Source: Actinomycetota bacterium (lineage in GTDB: Bacteria > Actinomycetota > Actinomycetes > S36-B12 > GCA-2699445). Taken from it: a stretch of 64,000 nucleotides of DNA. Within the stretch, counting starts at the first letter, position 1. Each line of letters opens with the position of its first letter. Under the pieces are notes generated by a model. The model was not told where the DNA came from. It saw only the letters and a program-made list of their open reading frames with translations, and ran no database searches. This document shows positions 49,319-58,049 of the stretch, in pieces. The position numbers and the translations under genes were made by a program. The stretch spans positions 2,865 to 66,864 of the forward strand of contig JAPOIY010000011.1 in assembly GCA_029978705.1 (NCBI GenBank). The letters are read 5' to 3'.

Positions 49319-50152
49319 TCAGTCCGGATCCAGTGGCTCAGCGCGCTTCTCCACCAGCAGGGTCTGGGTGAGGCGGCCCATCGGACCCGACTCCTGGTGC
49401 AACGCGGCGGAACTCATGCCCACGCCATCGCCGCCCACCGAGGTCTCTGCGGCCAGCCCGAACCACGGGCCGTGCGGCGCCTCGAACACCACCACCGACA
49501 GGTCCGTGTTGAGGTACGTCCACCGGTGGTAGTCGATGCGGGCTCCTACCCCGTTCGCTGTATCCGCGATGGCCATGACCTGCTGCAGTCCGGAGGGCTT
49601 CTCCCCCGCGACCACCGGGACCATCAGCCGCAGCCACGCCACCGTCGGTTGACCGGGCACCCCCAACGGTCCGACCAGCCGGAACTCGAGAGCGGAGACG
49701 AAGCCGCGCTGCCACCGCTCGGGGAGGACCGCGTCGGGTGTGGCCCTATCTCCCGTGGGAAACGCGACGGCCGGATCCGCCCGGTGCGCGACGGTGGGCG
49801 TGGGCTGGGTGGCCAGCCGCCACGCCCGGGCCCGTGCCACCGTGCGCCAGCCGCGGTCGGCAGTGGGTACCTCGAACGACGCCGTCAGCAGCGAGACCCT
49901 TCGGCCGGGCCGCGCCACCTCGGCCGCGACCCGGACCCGGTCGAGGGGAACGGGGCCCAGGATGTCGAGGTGCACGCGCGCGATGCGGGTGCCGGGGGGT
50001 GCGGGCAGACGTTCCATCGCGCGGGTCGTCAGGGCGGCCACGGGGCCGGCGTGCTGCATGTTGGGCCCCCACGCACTACCGGTCAGTTCCGAGGCGTCGA
50101 AGACCTCACCGCCGGCGGCCGCCTCGAGTGGGGTGTAGAGAGCGGCGGTCAC
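49319..50152 (-). CDS. Acyl-CoA thioesterase family protein (double hot-dog, TesB-like)
   Basis: Only the C-terminal 277 codons of the 994-aa ORF look coding. GTG at 50152. The layout (..GPNMQHAGPVAAL.. / ..HRWTYLNTDLSV.. / ..AALHQESGPMG..) fits thioesterase-like families. Confidence 0.65.
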   Translation of the reverse strand: MTAALYTPLEAAAGGEVFDASELTGSAWGPNMQHAGPVAALTTRAMERLPAPPGTRIARVHLDILGPVPLDRVRVAAEVARPGRRVSLLTASFEVPTADRGWRTVARARAWRLATQPTPTVAHRADPAVAFPTGDRATPDAVLPERWQRGFVSALEFRLVGPLGVPGQPTVAWLRLMVPVVAGEKPSGLQQVMAIADTANGVGARIDYHRWTYLNTDLSVVVFEAPHGPWFGLAAETSVGGDGVGMSSAALHQESGPMGRLTQTLLVEKRAEPLDPD

Positions 50153-50194
50153 GTTCCCACGATAGGCGCGCGGGATCGCCGTACCCTGAGCCGC

Positions 50195-51070
50195 GTGCGC
50201 ACTGACGTCGTGATCCTGCCCGACGGCGACTGGCCGCAGCTGCGCAGCCGGTGGCGTGAGGCGGAGGCTCTCGGGTTCACGACGGGGTGGACGTACGACC
50301 ACCTGTCGTGGCGGACGCTGCGCGACGGACCCTGGCTCGGCTCCGTCCCCCTGCTCGCCGCTGCGGCGGAAGCGACCGAACGCATGCGGTTGGGGACGCT
50401 GGTGACCAGTCCCAACTTCCGACATCCGGCGGTCCTCGCCAAGGACGCGATGACACTCGATCGCATCAGCGGTGGCCGTTTCACCCTGGGCATCGGGGCC
50501 GGGGGTACGGGGTACGACGCGGACGCGGTCGGTCTGCCGCCCCTCGCACCCGCGCAGCGGGCCACCCGCTTCGCGGAGTTTGCCGAAGCCTTGGACCTGC
50601 TGTTGCGCGAACCCGCTGCGGAGCACCGCGGGGAGTTCTTCACCGCGGTGGCCTCGCGCACCTATCCCGGCTGCGTGCAGCAGCCCCGGGTGCCCTTCAC
50701 CGTCGCCGCGGCGGGCCCGAAGGCGATGCGGGTCGCCGCGGTCTGGGGGGACACCTGGGTGACGTACGGGCCTGCGGCCGGCGCGACGTCGGCCGACGAG
50801 TGGTTCACCGGCGTCGGGGAGCAGGTGGAGCGACTGGCGGAGGTGTGTCGCTCCGTCGGCAGAGAGCCGTCCTCGCTGCGCCGCCTGGCCCTCATCGGCC
50901 TCGAGGCCGGCTACCTGCAGGGCACCGTTGTGCGGTGGCGCGACACCGCCGCCCGGCTCGCCGACCTGGGGTTCACGGACGTCGCCGTGCACTGGCCACG
51001 CCCCGCCGACCCGGACCTGCCCGGCCCGCCACCGGACGTCTTCGCCACGATTTGCGAGACCCTCCCCTGA
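50195..51070 (+). CDS. Luciferase-like (LLM class) F420/flavin-dependent oxidoreductase
   Basis: ..GFTTGWTYDHL.., ..LGTLVTSPNFRHPAVLAKDAMTLDRISGGRFTLGIGAGG.. are typical of LLM oxidoreductases. GTG at 50195, divergent from the thioesterase gene. Confidence 0.8.
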   Translation: MRTDVVILPDGDWPQLRSRWREAEALGFTTGWTYDHLSWRTLRDGPWLGSVPLLAAAAEATERMRLGTLVTSPNFRHPAVLAKDAMTLDRISGGRFTLGIGAGGTGYDADAVGLPPLAPAQRATRFAEFAEALDLLLREPAAEHRGEFFTAVASRTYPGCVQQPRVPFTVAAAGPKAMRVAAVWGDTWVTYGPAAGATSADEWFTGVGEQVERLAEVCRSVGREPSSLRRLALIGLEAGYLQGTVVRWRDTAARLADLGFTDVAVHWPRPADPDLPGPPPDVFATICETLP

Positions 51071-51097
51071 GCCGTCCGACCCTCCCCTGAGCCGTCC
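51058..51097. repeat. Perfect 20-bp tandem duplication (GACCCTCCCCTGAGCCGTCC x2) spanning the stop codon of the LLM oxidoreductase gene
   Basis: Copy 1 at 51058-51077 contains the TGA at 51068-51070. Copy 2 is at 51078-51097. Read directly. Confidence 0.9.
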
Positions 51098-51298
51098 GCG
51101 GCCTCCCCGAAAGAGTCGCATGCGACTGCATGGCACAGGAGCGACCGTTGCAGCGGTCGCACCTAACTGCAGCGGTCGCTTCTGGGGGGAGTTCCCCCTC
51201 CCTGCGGCACCCTGCCTGGCACCCCTCGCGGTTGGTTGACCCGGGTGAACCAGGGGAGGGACACTCAGGTACTCGCCCCGAAAGGCCGATAGCGACTC

Positions 51299-52783
51299 AT
51301 GCGGTCTCACCCCGTCACCCTCGCGCCCGTAGTGGCGGCGCTGGTGGTCGTCGGCAGTGCGGTCGGGGTCGGTCCCGCAGCAGCCGGGGCCACCGGCAGC
51401 CTCCGGGTGAAGATCGTCAAGGTGCCGGATACCAGTCCACGCGTGGTCGTCACCGGGCCGGGCGACTACAAGAAGTCCCTGCGTAAGAGCACCACCCTCC
51501 GTCGACTCGACCCCGGCAAGTACCGGATCAAGGCCAAGGACGTGACCCGGGACGGCGGTACCGTCTCGGCCGCGGTCTCCAAGACGAAGGTCAAGGTCCG
51601 GCAGGACGCGCGACGCAAGACGAAGGTCACGTACCGGTTCCACGAGACGCCCGACGACCCGGGGCCCAGCCCGACGGCCAGCCCCACGTCCAGCCCCAGT
51701 CCCACGGCCTCCCCACCACAGCCGGTGTCGGGACTCACCGCCACCGCCACATCCACGACGGTCACGTTGTCGTGGACCAACCCGGCGGCCGTCGGCCAGG
51801 TCGTCGTGCGGCGGGCGCAAGGGGAGACGCCCCCTGCCACTGCCCAGGATGGGACGGGGGTGACGGTCTCTGCTTCTGCAGCCACGAGTGCGCTCGATAC
51901 CGGACTGGCGGAGGGAGCGCCCTACTCCTACGCCGTCTTCACGAGCAGCGGCGACCAGGTCTCCGCCGCGGAGACCGTCTCGACGCGCACGATCGCCCCC
52001 CAGGTGTTGGCGGTCGGTGACGTGGGGTGGTGCGGCGGCGGAACCGCCGACACAGCCGCCATCGTCGCAGCCAATCCCACGCTGGACCTCTGGGGTCTGG
52101 GGGACATGGCCTACCCCAGCGGGGCAGCCAGTGACTTCACCAACTGTTACGACCCCTACTACGGCGCCTTCAACAGTCGCATCCGAGCCGTTCCGGGGAA
52201 CCACGAGTACGTGTCGGGAGCGACGCCCTTCTACAACTACTTCGGCTCCTCCAGCGGCACGCCGGCGACCCCCTGGTACTCCTTCGACAAGGGGGAGTGG
52301 CACGTCGTCATGCTGAACTCCAACTGCGCCAACGTCGGGGGATGCGACTCATCCTCACCGCAGTACGCATGGCTGCAGAGCGACCTCAACGCCACAAGCA
52401 AGCAGTGCGTCGCGGCGGTCTGGCACCACCCCCGGTACTCGAGCGGGCAGCACGGCAGCGACACGGCTCTCGACGCGTTCTGGGACCTGTTGGTCACAAA
52501 AGGGGCGGATGTGGTGCTGAGCGGTCACGACCACGTCTACGAGAGATTCCGCGCGGCGGGTCTGACCAGCGCAGACGCGACGACGGGGATGAGGCAATTC
52601 GTGGTGGGAACGGGAGGAGCCGCCCTGACCGCCTTCAGCACGGTCAGAGACCACTCGCAGAGCCGCATCGCCGGGTCGTACGGAGTGCTGCGCCTCGAGC
52701 TACGCAGCGACGGCTACTCGTGGGAGTTCCTCCCCACGCCGGTCGGCAGCGCGGCGACCGACTCGGGCTCGGACTCCTGCTGA
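51299..52783 (+). CDS. Secreted metallophosphoesterase (calcineurin-like) with N-terminal Ig/FN3-like domains
   Basis: Signal peptide, PSPTASPTSSPSPTASPP linker, FN3-like segment, then phosphoesterase motifs GDMAY, GNHEY, GHDHVYERF. Confidence 0.8.
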   Translation: MRSHPVTLAPVVAALVVVGSAVGVGPAAAGATGSLRVKIVKVPDTSPRVVVTGPGDYKKSLRKSTTLRRLDPGKYRIKAKDVTRDGGTVSAAVSKTKVKVRQDARRKTKVTYRFHETPDDPGPSPTASPTSSPSPTASPPQPVSGLTATATSTTVTLSWTNPAAVGQVVVRRAQGETPPATAQDGTGVTVSASAATSALDTGLAEGAPYSYAVFTSSGDQVSAAETVSTRTIAPQVLAVGDVGWCGGGTADTAAIVAANPTLDLWGLGDMAYPSGAASDFTNCYDPYYGAFNSRIRAVPGNHEYVSGATPFYNYFGSSSGTPATPWYSFDKGEWHVVMLNSNCANVGGCDSSSPQYAWLQSDLNATSKQCVAAVWHHPRYSSGQHGSDTALDAFWDLLVTKGADVVLSGHDHVYERFRAAGLTSADATTGMRQFVVGTGGAALTAFSTVRDHSQSRIAGSYGVLRLELRSDGYSWEFLPTPVGSAATDSGSDSC

Positions 52784-52799
52784 GGGGTAGCGTTGCCAG

Positions 52800-54179
52800 A
52801 TGTTTGAAGCAGCCGTTCTCGCCGTCAGTCTGGGGATGCCCACACAAGCCGCAGGGCAGACGTGGGAGCCCTGCGGCGGCGCCGAGTGCACATGGGTCCG
52901 GGTGCCGCGGGACTACGCGCGCCCGAACGGCCCGGTATTCCGACTCCGCGTCGCCAAGATGCCCGCGACCGGCAAGAAGAAGGGCAGCCTGCTGTTCAAT
53001 CCGGGCGGTCCGGGTGGCGCCGGAGCGGGAAAGGTCGCCGACATGGCGGCGGAGTTGGGCCCGAAGATCCGCCGGTCCTTCGACGTGGTCTCGTGGGATC
53101 CCCGCGGGATCGGTGAGTCGCGGCCGGCCCTGCGGAACTGTGTCCAGCCCTGGCTGCCGCGCCCGGTGTCCGGGCCGGTGGACTGGGGGAAGGCCCGCGA
53201 CGCCGGCTGGGAACAGCTGGCCACGGCCAATGCCAACTGCCAGAGACGCAACCCACGCGTCGTCCCCCACATGGGGACGGTCAACGTTGCCCGAGACCTG
53301 GATCGGATCAGGGCGGCGCTGGACGAGAAGAAGATCACCTATTGGGGCCTGAGCTACGGGACACGAATCGGGTACGTCTATGCCTTGCGTTACCCGCAGC
53401 GCGTCCGGGCCATGGTGCTGGACGGCAACATCGACCCGACGGGCGATTACCTCGGCCTGGCCGAGGGGGGAGTCGCGCCGGACGATGCCTTCACGGTCGT
53501 GGAGAAGCGGGACCCGTCACTGCACCAGCAGGTCATCGACACCAAGAACGACCTCGGCCGGGCTCCCATCCCGATGCCCGACGGCACCTCGTATACCCGG
53601 TGGTCCTACCTCGACGTCTTCTTCCCGACCCTGGGATCCAGCTACACCTGGGACTCGACGAAGGCGTACGACACGACTGTGGCCGAGGCCCAGACGGACC
53701 CGGAGAAGCGCTCCGCGCTCATCACCTTCGCCGACAACGGAAATGCAGGCGGCCCCTTCTCCGTGGTGAACTGCCTGGACTACCGGGACCGGCCGACCCG
53801 CTCCGCGCAGTTGAAGGCGATCCGGGCGAACGTAGCCGCCGCCCCGATCTACGGGGGCACGTTGACCACCGACTACTTGATTGGGTGCGCTGGGCTCGAC
53901 GTGCGGCCGCAGCCCGTCCCGCAGGTGACGCGGGCAGACCGCCAGACCCTGCGCCACGTGCCGGTCGTAGTGGCCAACGCGACCCACGACGGCGCGACTC
54001 CCCTGGTCTGGGCCGACCGGATGCATGCCGCCTTCCCGAAGTCGGGATACGTGAAGTACCGGGGTGGTCAGCATGTGATCTGGCACCAGGTGGACAGCGC
54101 CTGCGTCAACCGGCCGATCGACGACTTCGTCCTTTCCCTGAAGCCGACCGGGACGCGCGTCTGTCCCTTTGTCCGGTAG
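52800..54179 (+). CDS. Secreted alpha/beta hydrolase (tripeptidyl-aminopeptidase/TAP-like)
   Basis: LLFNPGGPGGAG oxyanion region, nucleophile elbow YWGLSYGTRIG (GxSxG), and a C-terminal ..HDGATPL.. / GGQHV segment. Confidence 0.8.
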   Translation: MFEAAVLAVSLGMPTQAAGQTWEPCGGAECTWVRVPRDYARPNGPVFRLRVAKMPATGKKKGSLLFNPGGPGGAGAGKVADMAAELGPKIRRSFDVVSWDPRGIGESRPALRNCVQPWLPRPVSGPVDWGKARDAGWEQLATANANCQRRNPRVVPHMGTVNVARDLDRIRAALDEKKITYWGLSYGTRIGYVYALRYPQRVRAMVLDGNIDPTGDYLGLAEGGVAPDDAFTVVEKRDPSLHQQVIDTKNDLGRAPIPMPDGTSYTRWSYLDVFFPTLGSSYTWDSTKAYDTTVAEAQTDPEKRSALITFADNGNAGGPFSVVNCLDYRDRPTRSAQLKAIRANVAAAPIYGGTLTTDYLIGCAGLDVRPQPVPQVTRADRQTLRHVPVVVANATHDGATPLVWADRMHAAFPKSGYVKYRGGQHVIWHQVDSACVNRPIDDFVLSLKPTGTRVCPFVR

Positions 54180-54343
54180 CGCACGCCGACCCCCGCTCCT
54201 CGAGGAATCGCTGCGCTCGGGCCCCCTCAGCTGATAGGGGTGTCTGGAGATGGGCGATAAGTTGGCTCAGAACACCGCACCTTCAGGCGTGCGCTGGTGA
54301 AGATCTCGGGGCTGCGACCCCGCTTCGGACCTGTCCGCAGCCG

Positions 54344-54364
54344 CACTTCCACTGAGCGGAAATC
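54344..54364. promoter_or_regulatory. Operator-like motif CACTTCCACTGAGCGGAAATC upstream of pcaH
   Basis: 16 of 21 positions are identical to the motif at 60802-60822. Imperfect dyad ACTTCC..GGAA(A)T. Lies 30-50 nt upstream of the pcaH start. Confidence 0.4.
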
Positions 54365-54393
54365 TCTACTGGACTCCGGAACGCCTCGGCCAC

Positions 54394-55149
54394 TTGACTG
54401 GGCAGATGGACGGACAGCCGCTGATCAGCAAGGAGATTGAGGACATCCACTCCTCAGCCACCCCCGGCGAGACACAACCTCGACTGGACTTCCCCCCCTA
54501 TCGGAGTTCGCTGTTACGGCACCCCACAAAGGACCTGCGTCACGTCGATCCGGAGGGAGCGGAACTCTTCGCTCCGGTGTTCGGCCAGTCCGATGTGGAC
54601 GTGCTGGAGGCGGATCTCACCATCCAAGCGGGGGGCGAGCCCATCGGGGAACGCATCACGGTACGCGGCCGGCTCATCGACGGTGACGGTCGCCCCGTGC
54701 GGGGTCAACTGATCGAGGTCTGGCAGGCCAACTCCGCCGGCCGCTATATCCACAAGCGGGACCAGCACCCAGCTCCGATCGATCCGAACTTCACCGGCGT
54801 AGGGCGGTGCCTCACCGACGACGACGGAAACTACCTGTTCACCACCATCAAGCCCGGCCCCTACCCCTGGCGCAACCACCACAACGCCTGGCGCCCCGCG
54901 CACATTCACTTCTCGCTCTTCGGCACCGACTTCACCCAGCGCATGATCACGCAGATGTACTTCCCCGGCGATCCGCTGTTCGCCCTGGATCCCATCTACC
55001 AGTCCATCACCGACCCAGCCGCTCGTGACCGGCTCATCGCCGGCTACGACCACGATGAGTCCCGGCATGAATGGTCGATGGGGTACCGATGGGACATCGT
55101 GCTCACCGGCAGTCATCGCACCCCCATGGAGACCGAGGAGGACGCATGA
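54394..55149 (+). CDS. pcaH: Protocatechuate 3,4-dioxygenase beta subunit
   Basis: PPYRSSLLRHP.., RVRGQLIEVWQANSAGRYIH.., GPYPWRNHHNAWRPAHIHFSLFG. Start is TTG 54394 or ATG 54406. Confidence 0.9.
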   Translation: MTGQMDGQPLISKEIEDIHSSATPGETQPRLDFPPYRSSLLRHPTKDLRHVDPEGAELFAPVFGQSDVDVLEADLTIQAGGEPIGERITVRGRLIDGDGRPVRGQLIEVWQANSAGRYIHKRDQHPAPIDPNFTGVGRCLTDDDGNYLFTTIKPGPYPWRNHHNAWRPAHIHFSLFGTDFTQRMITQMYFPGDPLFALDPIYQSITDPAARDRLIAGYDHDESRHEWSMGYRWDIVLTGSHRTPMETEEDA

Positions 55150-55712
55150 GCAGCGTGATGCCAACCCCGGGTCAGACCATCGGACCGTTCTTCCACTACG
55201 CACTGCCGTTCGAGTTCGATCGGGAGCTCGTCGCCCGGGAACAACCGGATGCGGTCCGTCTGCACGGGTATGTCCTCGACGGTGACGGTCACGGCATCCA
55301 GGACGCGATGATCGAGATCCGGCAGGCGGACGCCAGTGGCCACGTCCCTGAGGTCCCAGGATCGCTGCGTCGCGATGGCGCGTCATTCACGGGGTGGGGA
55401 CGCAGTAGTACCGACCCCACCGGGCACTACTGGTTCTCGACTCTTGAGCCGGGGCAGACGGACCCCGACTCCGCGCCGTTCATCGCTGTCACGGTCTTCG
55501 CGCGCGGCCTACTGAATCGGCTGTTCACGAGGATCTATCTCCCCGATGATGAAGCGTCCCTGTCGATCGATCCGTTCCTCTCCGGTCTGGATGAACAGGA
55601 ACGACAGGCGATGACTGCGATCCGGGAGCCGGACGGTCACCTCCGCTTCGACATCCGCCTGCAGGGACCGGATCAGAGCGTCTTCCTCACGTACCCCCGG
55701 CATGCGGGATAG
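55146..55712 (+). CDS. pcaG: Protocatechuate 3,4-dioxygenase alpha subunit
   Basis: ATGA overlap with pcaH. TPGQTIGPFFHYALPF.. N-terminus, ..FIAVTVFARGLLNRLFTRIYLPDD.. Confidence 0.9.
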   Translation: MSSVMPTPGQTIGPFFHYALPFEFDRELVAREQPDAVRLHGYVLDGDGHGIQDAMIEIRQADASGHVPEVPGSLRRDGASFTGWGRSSTDPTGHYWFSTLEPGQTDPDSAPFIAVTVFARGLLNRLFTRIYLPDDEASLSIDPFLSGLDEQERQAMTAIREPDGHLRFDIRLQGPDQSVFLTYPRHAG

Positions 55713-57642
55713 TCCGGTGATTGGAGACTTTCACGATGGCGGCCTACTCCGCCCGGGGATCCAGCGGGCGGTGGGGCTCACCGACGATGCCGCATTGCTC
55801 AGGGCCATCGTGGACGTGGAGGCAGCCTGGCTGGCGGTCCTCGGTCACGATGCGGAGTTGCAGGTGCCTACCGATGTGGCAGCGCTGGCAGCTGCGGGCG
55901 AGCGGGTCGGCAATCCGGTGGTTCCGATCCTGGACGTGCTCCGATCCCAGACACACAGTCCGGTGCACCGCGGCCTGACCAGTCAGGACACCCTCGACAC
56001 CGCACTGATGCTGATCGCAGTGAGGGCGCGACGCAGGATCCTCGCCGATGTCCGAGCTCTCACACTCGACCTCGCCCGGTTGGCCGACGGGCACCGCGAC
56101 AGCCTCATGGTCGGGCGCACCCTTACCCAGACCGCTGTCCCCATCACCTTTGGTCTGAAGGTCGCACAGTGGTTGGCGGCGATCCTGGACGCCGCGGAGG
56201 CGATCGCCTCGGTCGATCTTCCCGTTCAGTGTGGCGGGGCGGCCGGAACCATGTCCCTGATCCAGGAGATGACGGACGCGGAGCAGGCACCCGCAGCATT
56301 GGCCGCGAACTTCGGCCTGTCCGATCCGGGGCTGCCTTGGCACACGCGGCGCCGCCCCGTCACCGCGATGGCCGACGCCCTGGCGACCTTGACCGATGCG
56401 CTGGGGACGATGGCCAGCGATATCGCGCTGCTGTCCCGACCGGAGATCGGCGAACTGAGCGAGGGCTCAGGAGGCGGCTCGTCCACGATGCCCCACAAGC
56501 ACAACCCCGTCCTCAGCGTGCTGATCCGTTCGGCGTCGCTGCAGGTTCCGCCCCTCGCTGCCGGACTGCACACGGCCGCCAGTCAGATGATCGACGAACG
56601 TCCGGACGGTGCGTGGCATGCGCAGTGGCCGTTGTTCCGGGATGTGCTGACGCTCGCCGTGATCGCCGCGGGACAGTCACGTGACCTGATCGCGGGGCTG
56701 GTCGTCCACGAGGACGTGATGCGCCGGCGAGCCGACGGTGTCGCAAGCGACCTGCTCGCAGAGAAGTACGGTGCCGACGGCGTCCCCGCGGACGCCGACC
56801 CCACCAGGTACCTCGGACGAGCGGCGACGTTCACCGACACCGTGACCGCTCGGGTCGGTCGCCCACCCCGGCTGGCCTTCACCCCCCTCGCCGGCTCCTC
56901 ACAGGACCCCTGTGTGCTCATCGTCGGAGCCGGGCTGGGCACCAGCGCGGCGCCCCTGTGGCGCGAAGTCGCCCACGGACTTACGGGTGTGCAGGTGGTG
57001 GCCGTGGACCTGCCGGGGCATGGCGCCAGCCCGCCGGCCGAGCGGCCGTTCAGTGTCGCGGAGTTGGCGGGGGAGGTGCGCGACGAGGCCGCCCGCCTGG
57101 CGACTCCCGGCCGACGCGTCTGGTTCGCCGGCGTGTCCCTGGCCGGTGCGGTCGCCCTCGAAATTGCCCTGCGACCCGGACCGATCGAGGGTGTGGTCAG
57201 TATCGCTTCGGCTTCCCGCCTCGGCGTCCCCGCCGGCTGGCGGGAGCGAGCCGCCCTGGTCCGTCGGGCCGGCACCTCGGCGACCGTGGCCGGTTCGGCG
57301 GAACGCTGGTTTGCGGCGGGATTCACCGAACGTCAGCCGCAGCTCGTCGGAGCCATGCTCGACGACCTGGTTGTGGTCGATGACGAGTCCTACGCGTTGT
57401 GCTGCGAAGCCCTGGCCGACTACGACCTGGCGCAGGAGTTGGGTGCTGCCGCTGTTCCGGTGCTGATGCTGCCGGGGGACATGGACGTGGTGGTGCCGGT
57501 CGCGGTGGCCGAGGCTGACGCCAATGGTGTCCCGGATGGTGCCGTGCGGGTGGCGAAGGGCGCCGGACATCAGCCTCCGGTGGAGGCCCCCACGGCCGTC
57601 ATCGACTGCCTCCGCGAGTTCATGGGGGTGCGCGGTGACTGA
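55702..57642 (+). CDS. Fusion protein: 3-carboxy-cis,cis-muconate cycloisomerase (PcaB) plus 3-oxoadipate enol-lactonase (PcaD)
   Basis: A single uninterrupted 646-codon ORF. The N-terminal fumarate-lyase-superfamily part carries the GSSTMPHKHNP signature. From about residue 385 there is an alpha/beta-hydrolase part (..LIVGAGLGTSA..VDLPGHGAS..FAGVSLAGAVA..GAGHQPP). Confidence 0.8.
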   Translation: MRDSPVIGDFHDGGLLRPGIQRAVGLTDDAALLRAIVDVEAAWLAVLGHDAELQVPTDVAALAAAGERVGNPVVPILDVLRSQTHSPVHRGLTSQDTLDTALMLIAVRARRRILADVRALTLDLARLADGHRDSLMVGRTLTQTAVPITFGLKVAQWLAAILDAAEAIASVDLPVQCGGAAGTMSLIQEMTDAEQAPAALAANFGLSDPGLPWHTRRRPVTAMADALATLTDALGTMASDIALLSRPEIGELSEGSGGGSSTMPHKHNPVLSVLIRSASLQVPPLAAGLHTAASQMIDERPDGAWHAQWPLFRDVLTLAVIAAGQSRDLIAGLVVHEDVMRRRADGVASDLLAEKYGADGVPADADPTRYLGRAATFTDTVTARVGRPPRLAFTPLAGSSQDPCVLIVGAGLGTSAAPLWREVAHGLTGVQVVAVDLPGHGASPPAERPFSVAELAGEVRDEAARLATPGRRVWFAGVSLAGAVALEIALRPGPIEGVVSIASASRLGVPAGWRERAALVRRAGTSATVAGSAERWFAAGFTERQPQLVGAMLDDLVVVDDESYALCCEALADYDLAQELGAAAVPVLMLPGDMDVVVPVAVAEADANGVPDGAVRVAKGAGHQPPVEAPTAVIDCLREFMGVRGD

Positions 57643-58021
57643 TCAGCATGAGGACGGGATGAGGGTCCGACGGGAAGTCCTCGGGGACGCACACGTCGAT
57701 GCGGCACAGTCCCGCACCACGGCTTTCACGCAGGACTTCCAGGATCTCATCACCCGCTACGCCTGGGGCGAGATCTGGACGCGCCCGGGACTGGACCGCA
57801 GGATCCGCAGCGCGGTCACCCTGACGGCACTCATTGCCCAGGGGCACTGGGAGGAGTTGGCGATGCACGTTGCCGCCGCCCGCCGCAATGGGCTGACCCA
57901 GGACGAGATCTCGGAGGTGATCCTGCAGACCGCCATCTACTGCGGGGTGCCTGCCGCCCATCACGCCTATGCGATCGCCGAACCAGTCCTACGGCAACTT
58001 GACGAGAAGAAGCAGTCCTGA
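57635..58021 (+). CDS. pcaC: 4-carboxymuconolactone decarboxylase
   Basis: GTG overlaps the upstream stop. ..YAWGEIWTRPGLDRRIRSAVTLTAL..HV..A..NGLTQDEISEVILQTAIYCGVPAA is typical of the CMD family. Confidence 0.85.
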   Translation: MTDQHEDGMRVRREVLGDAHVDAAQSRTTAFTQDFQDLITRYAWGEIWTRPGLDRRIRSAVTLTALIAQGHWEELAMHVAAARRNGLTQDEISEVILQTAIYCGVPAAHHAYAIAEPVLRQLDEKKQS

Positions 58022-58049
58022 ACGCCGGTCATCCGGCTGACAGGGCGCC

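Noticed and set aside
50153-52303. The N-terminal 700 codons of the 994-aa minus-strand ORF 49319-52303.
   Set aside because: Only the last 277 codons look like a real protein (thioesterase). The remainder overlaps the plus-strand LLM oxidoreductase and metallophosphoesterase genes, both of which carry clear motifs.
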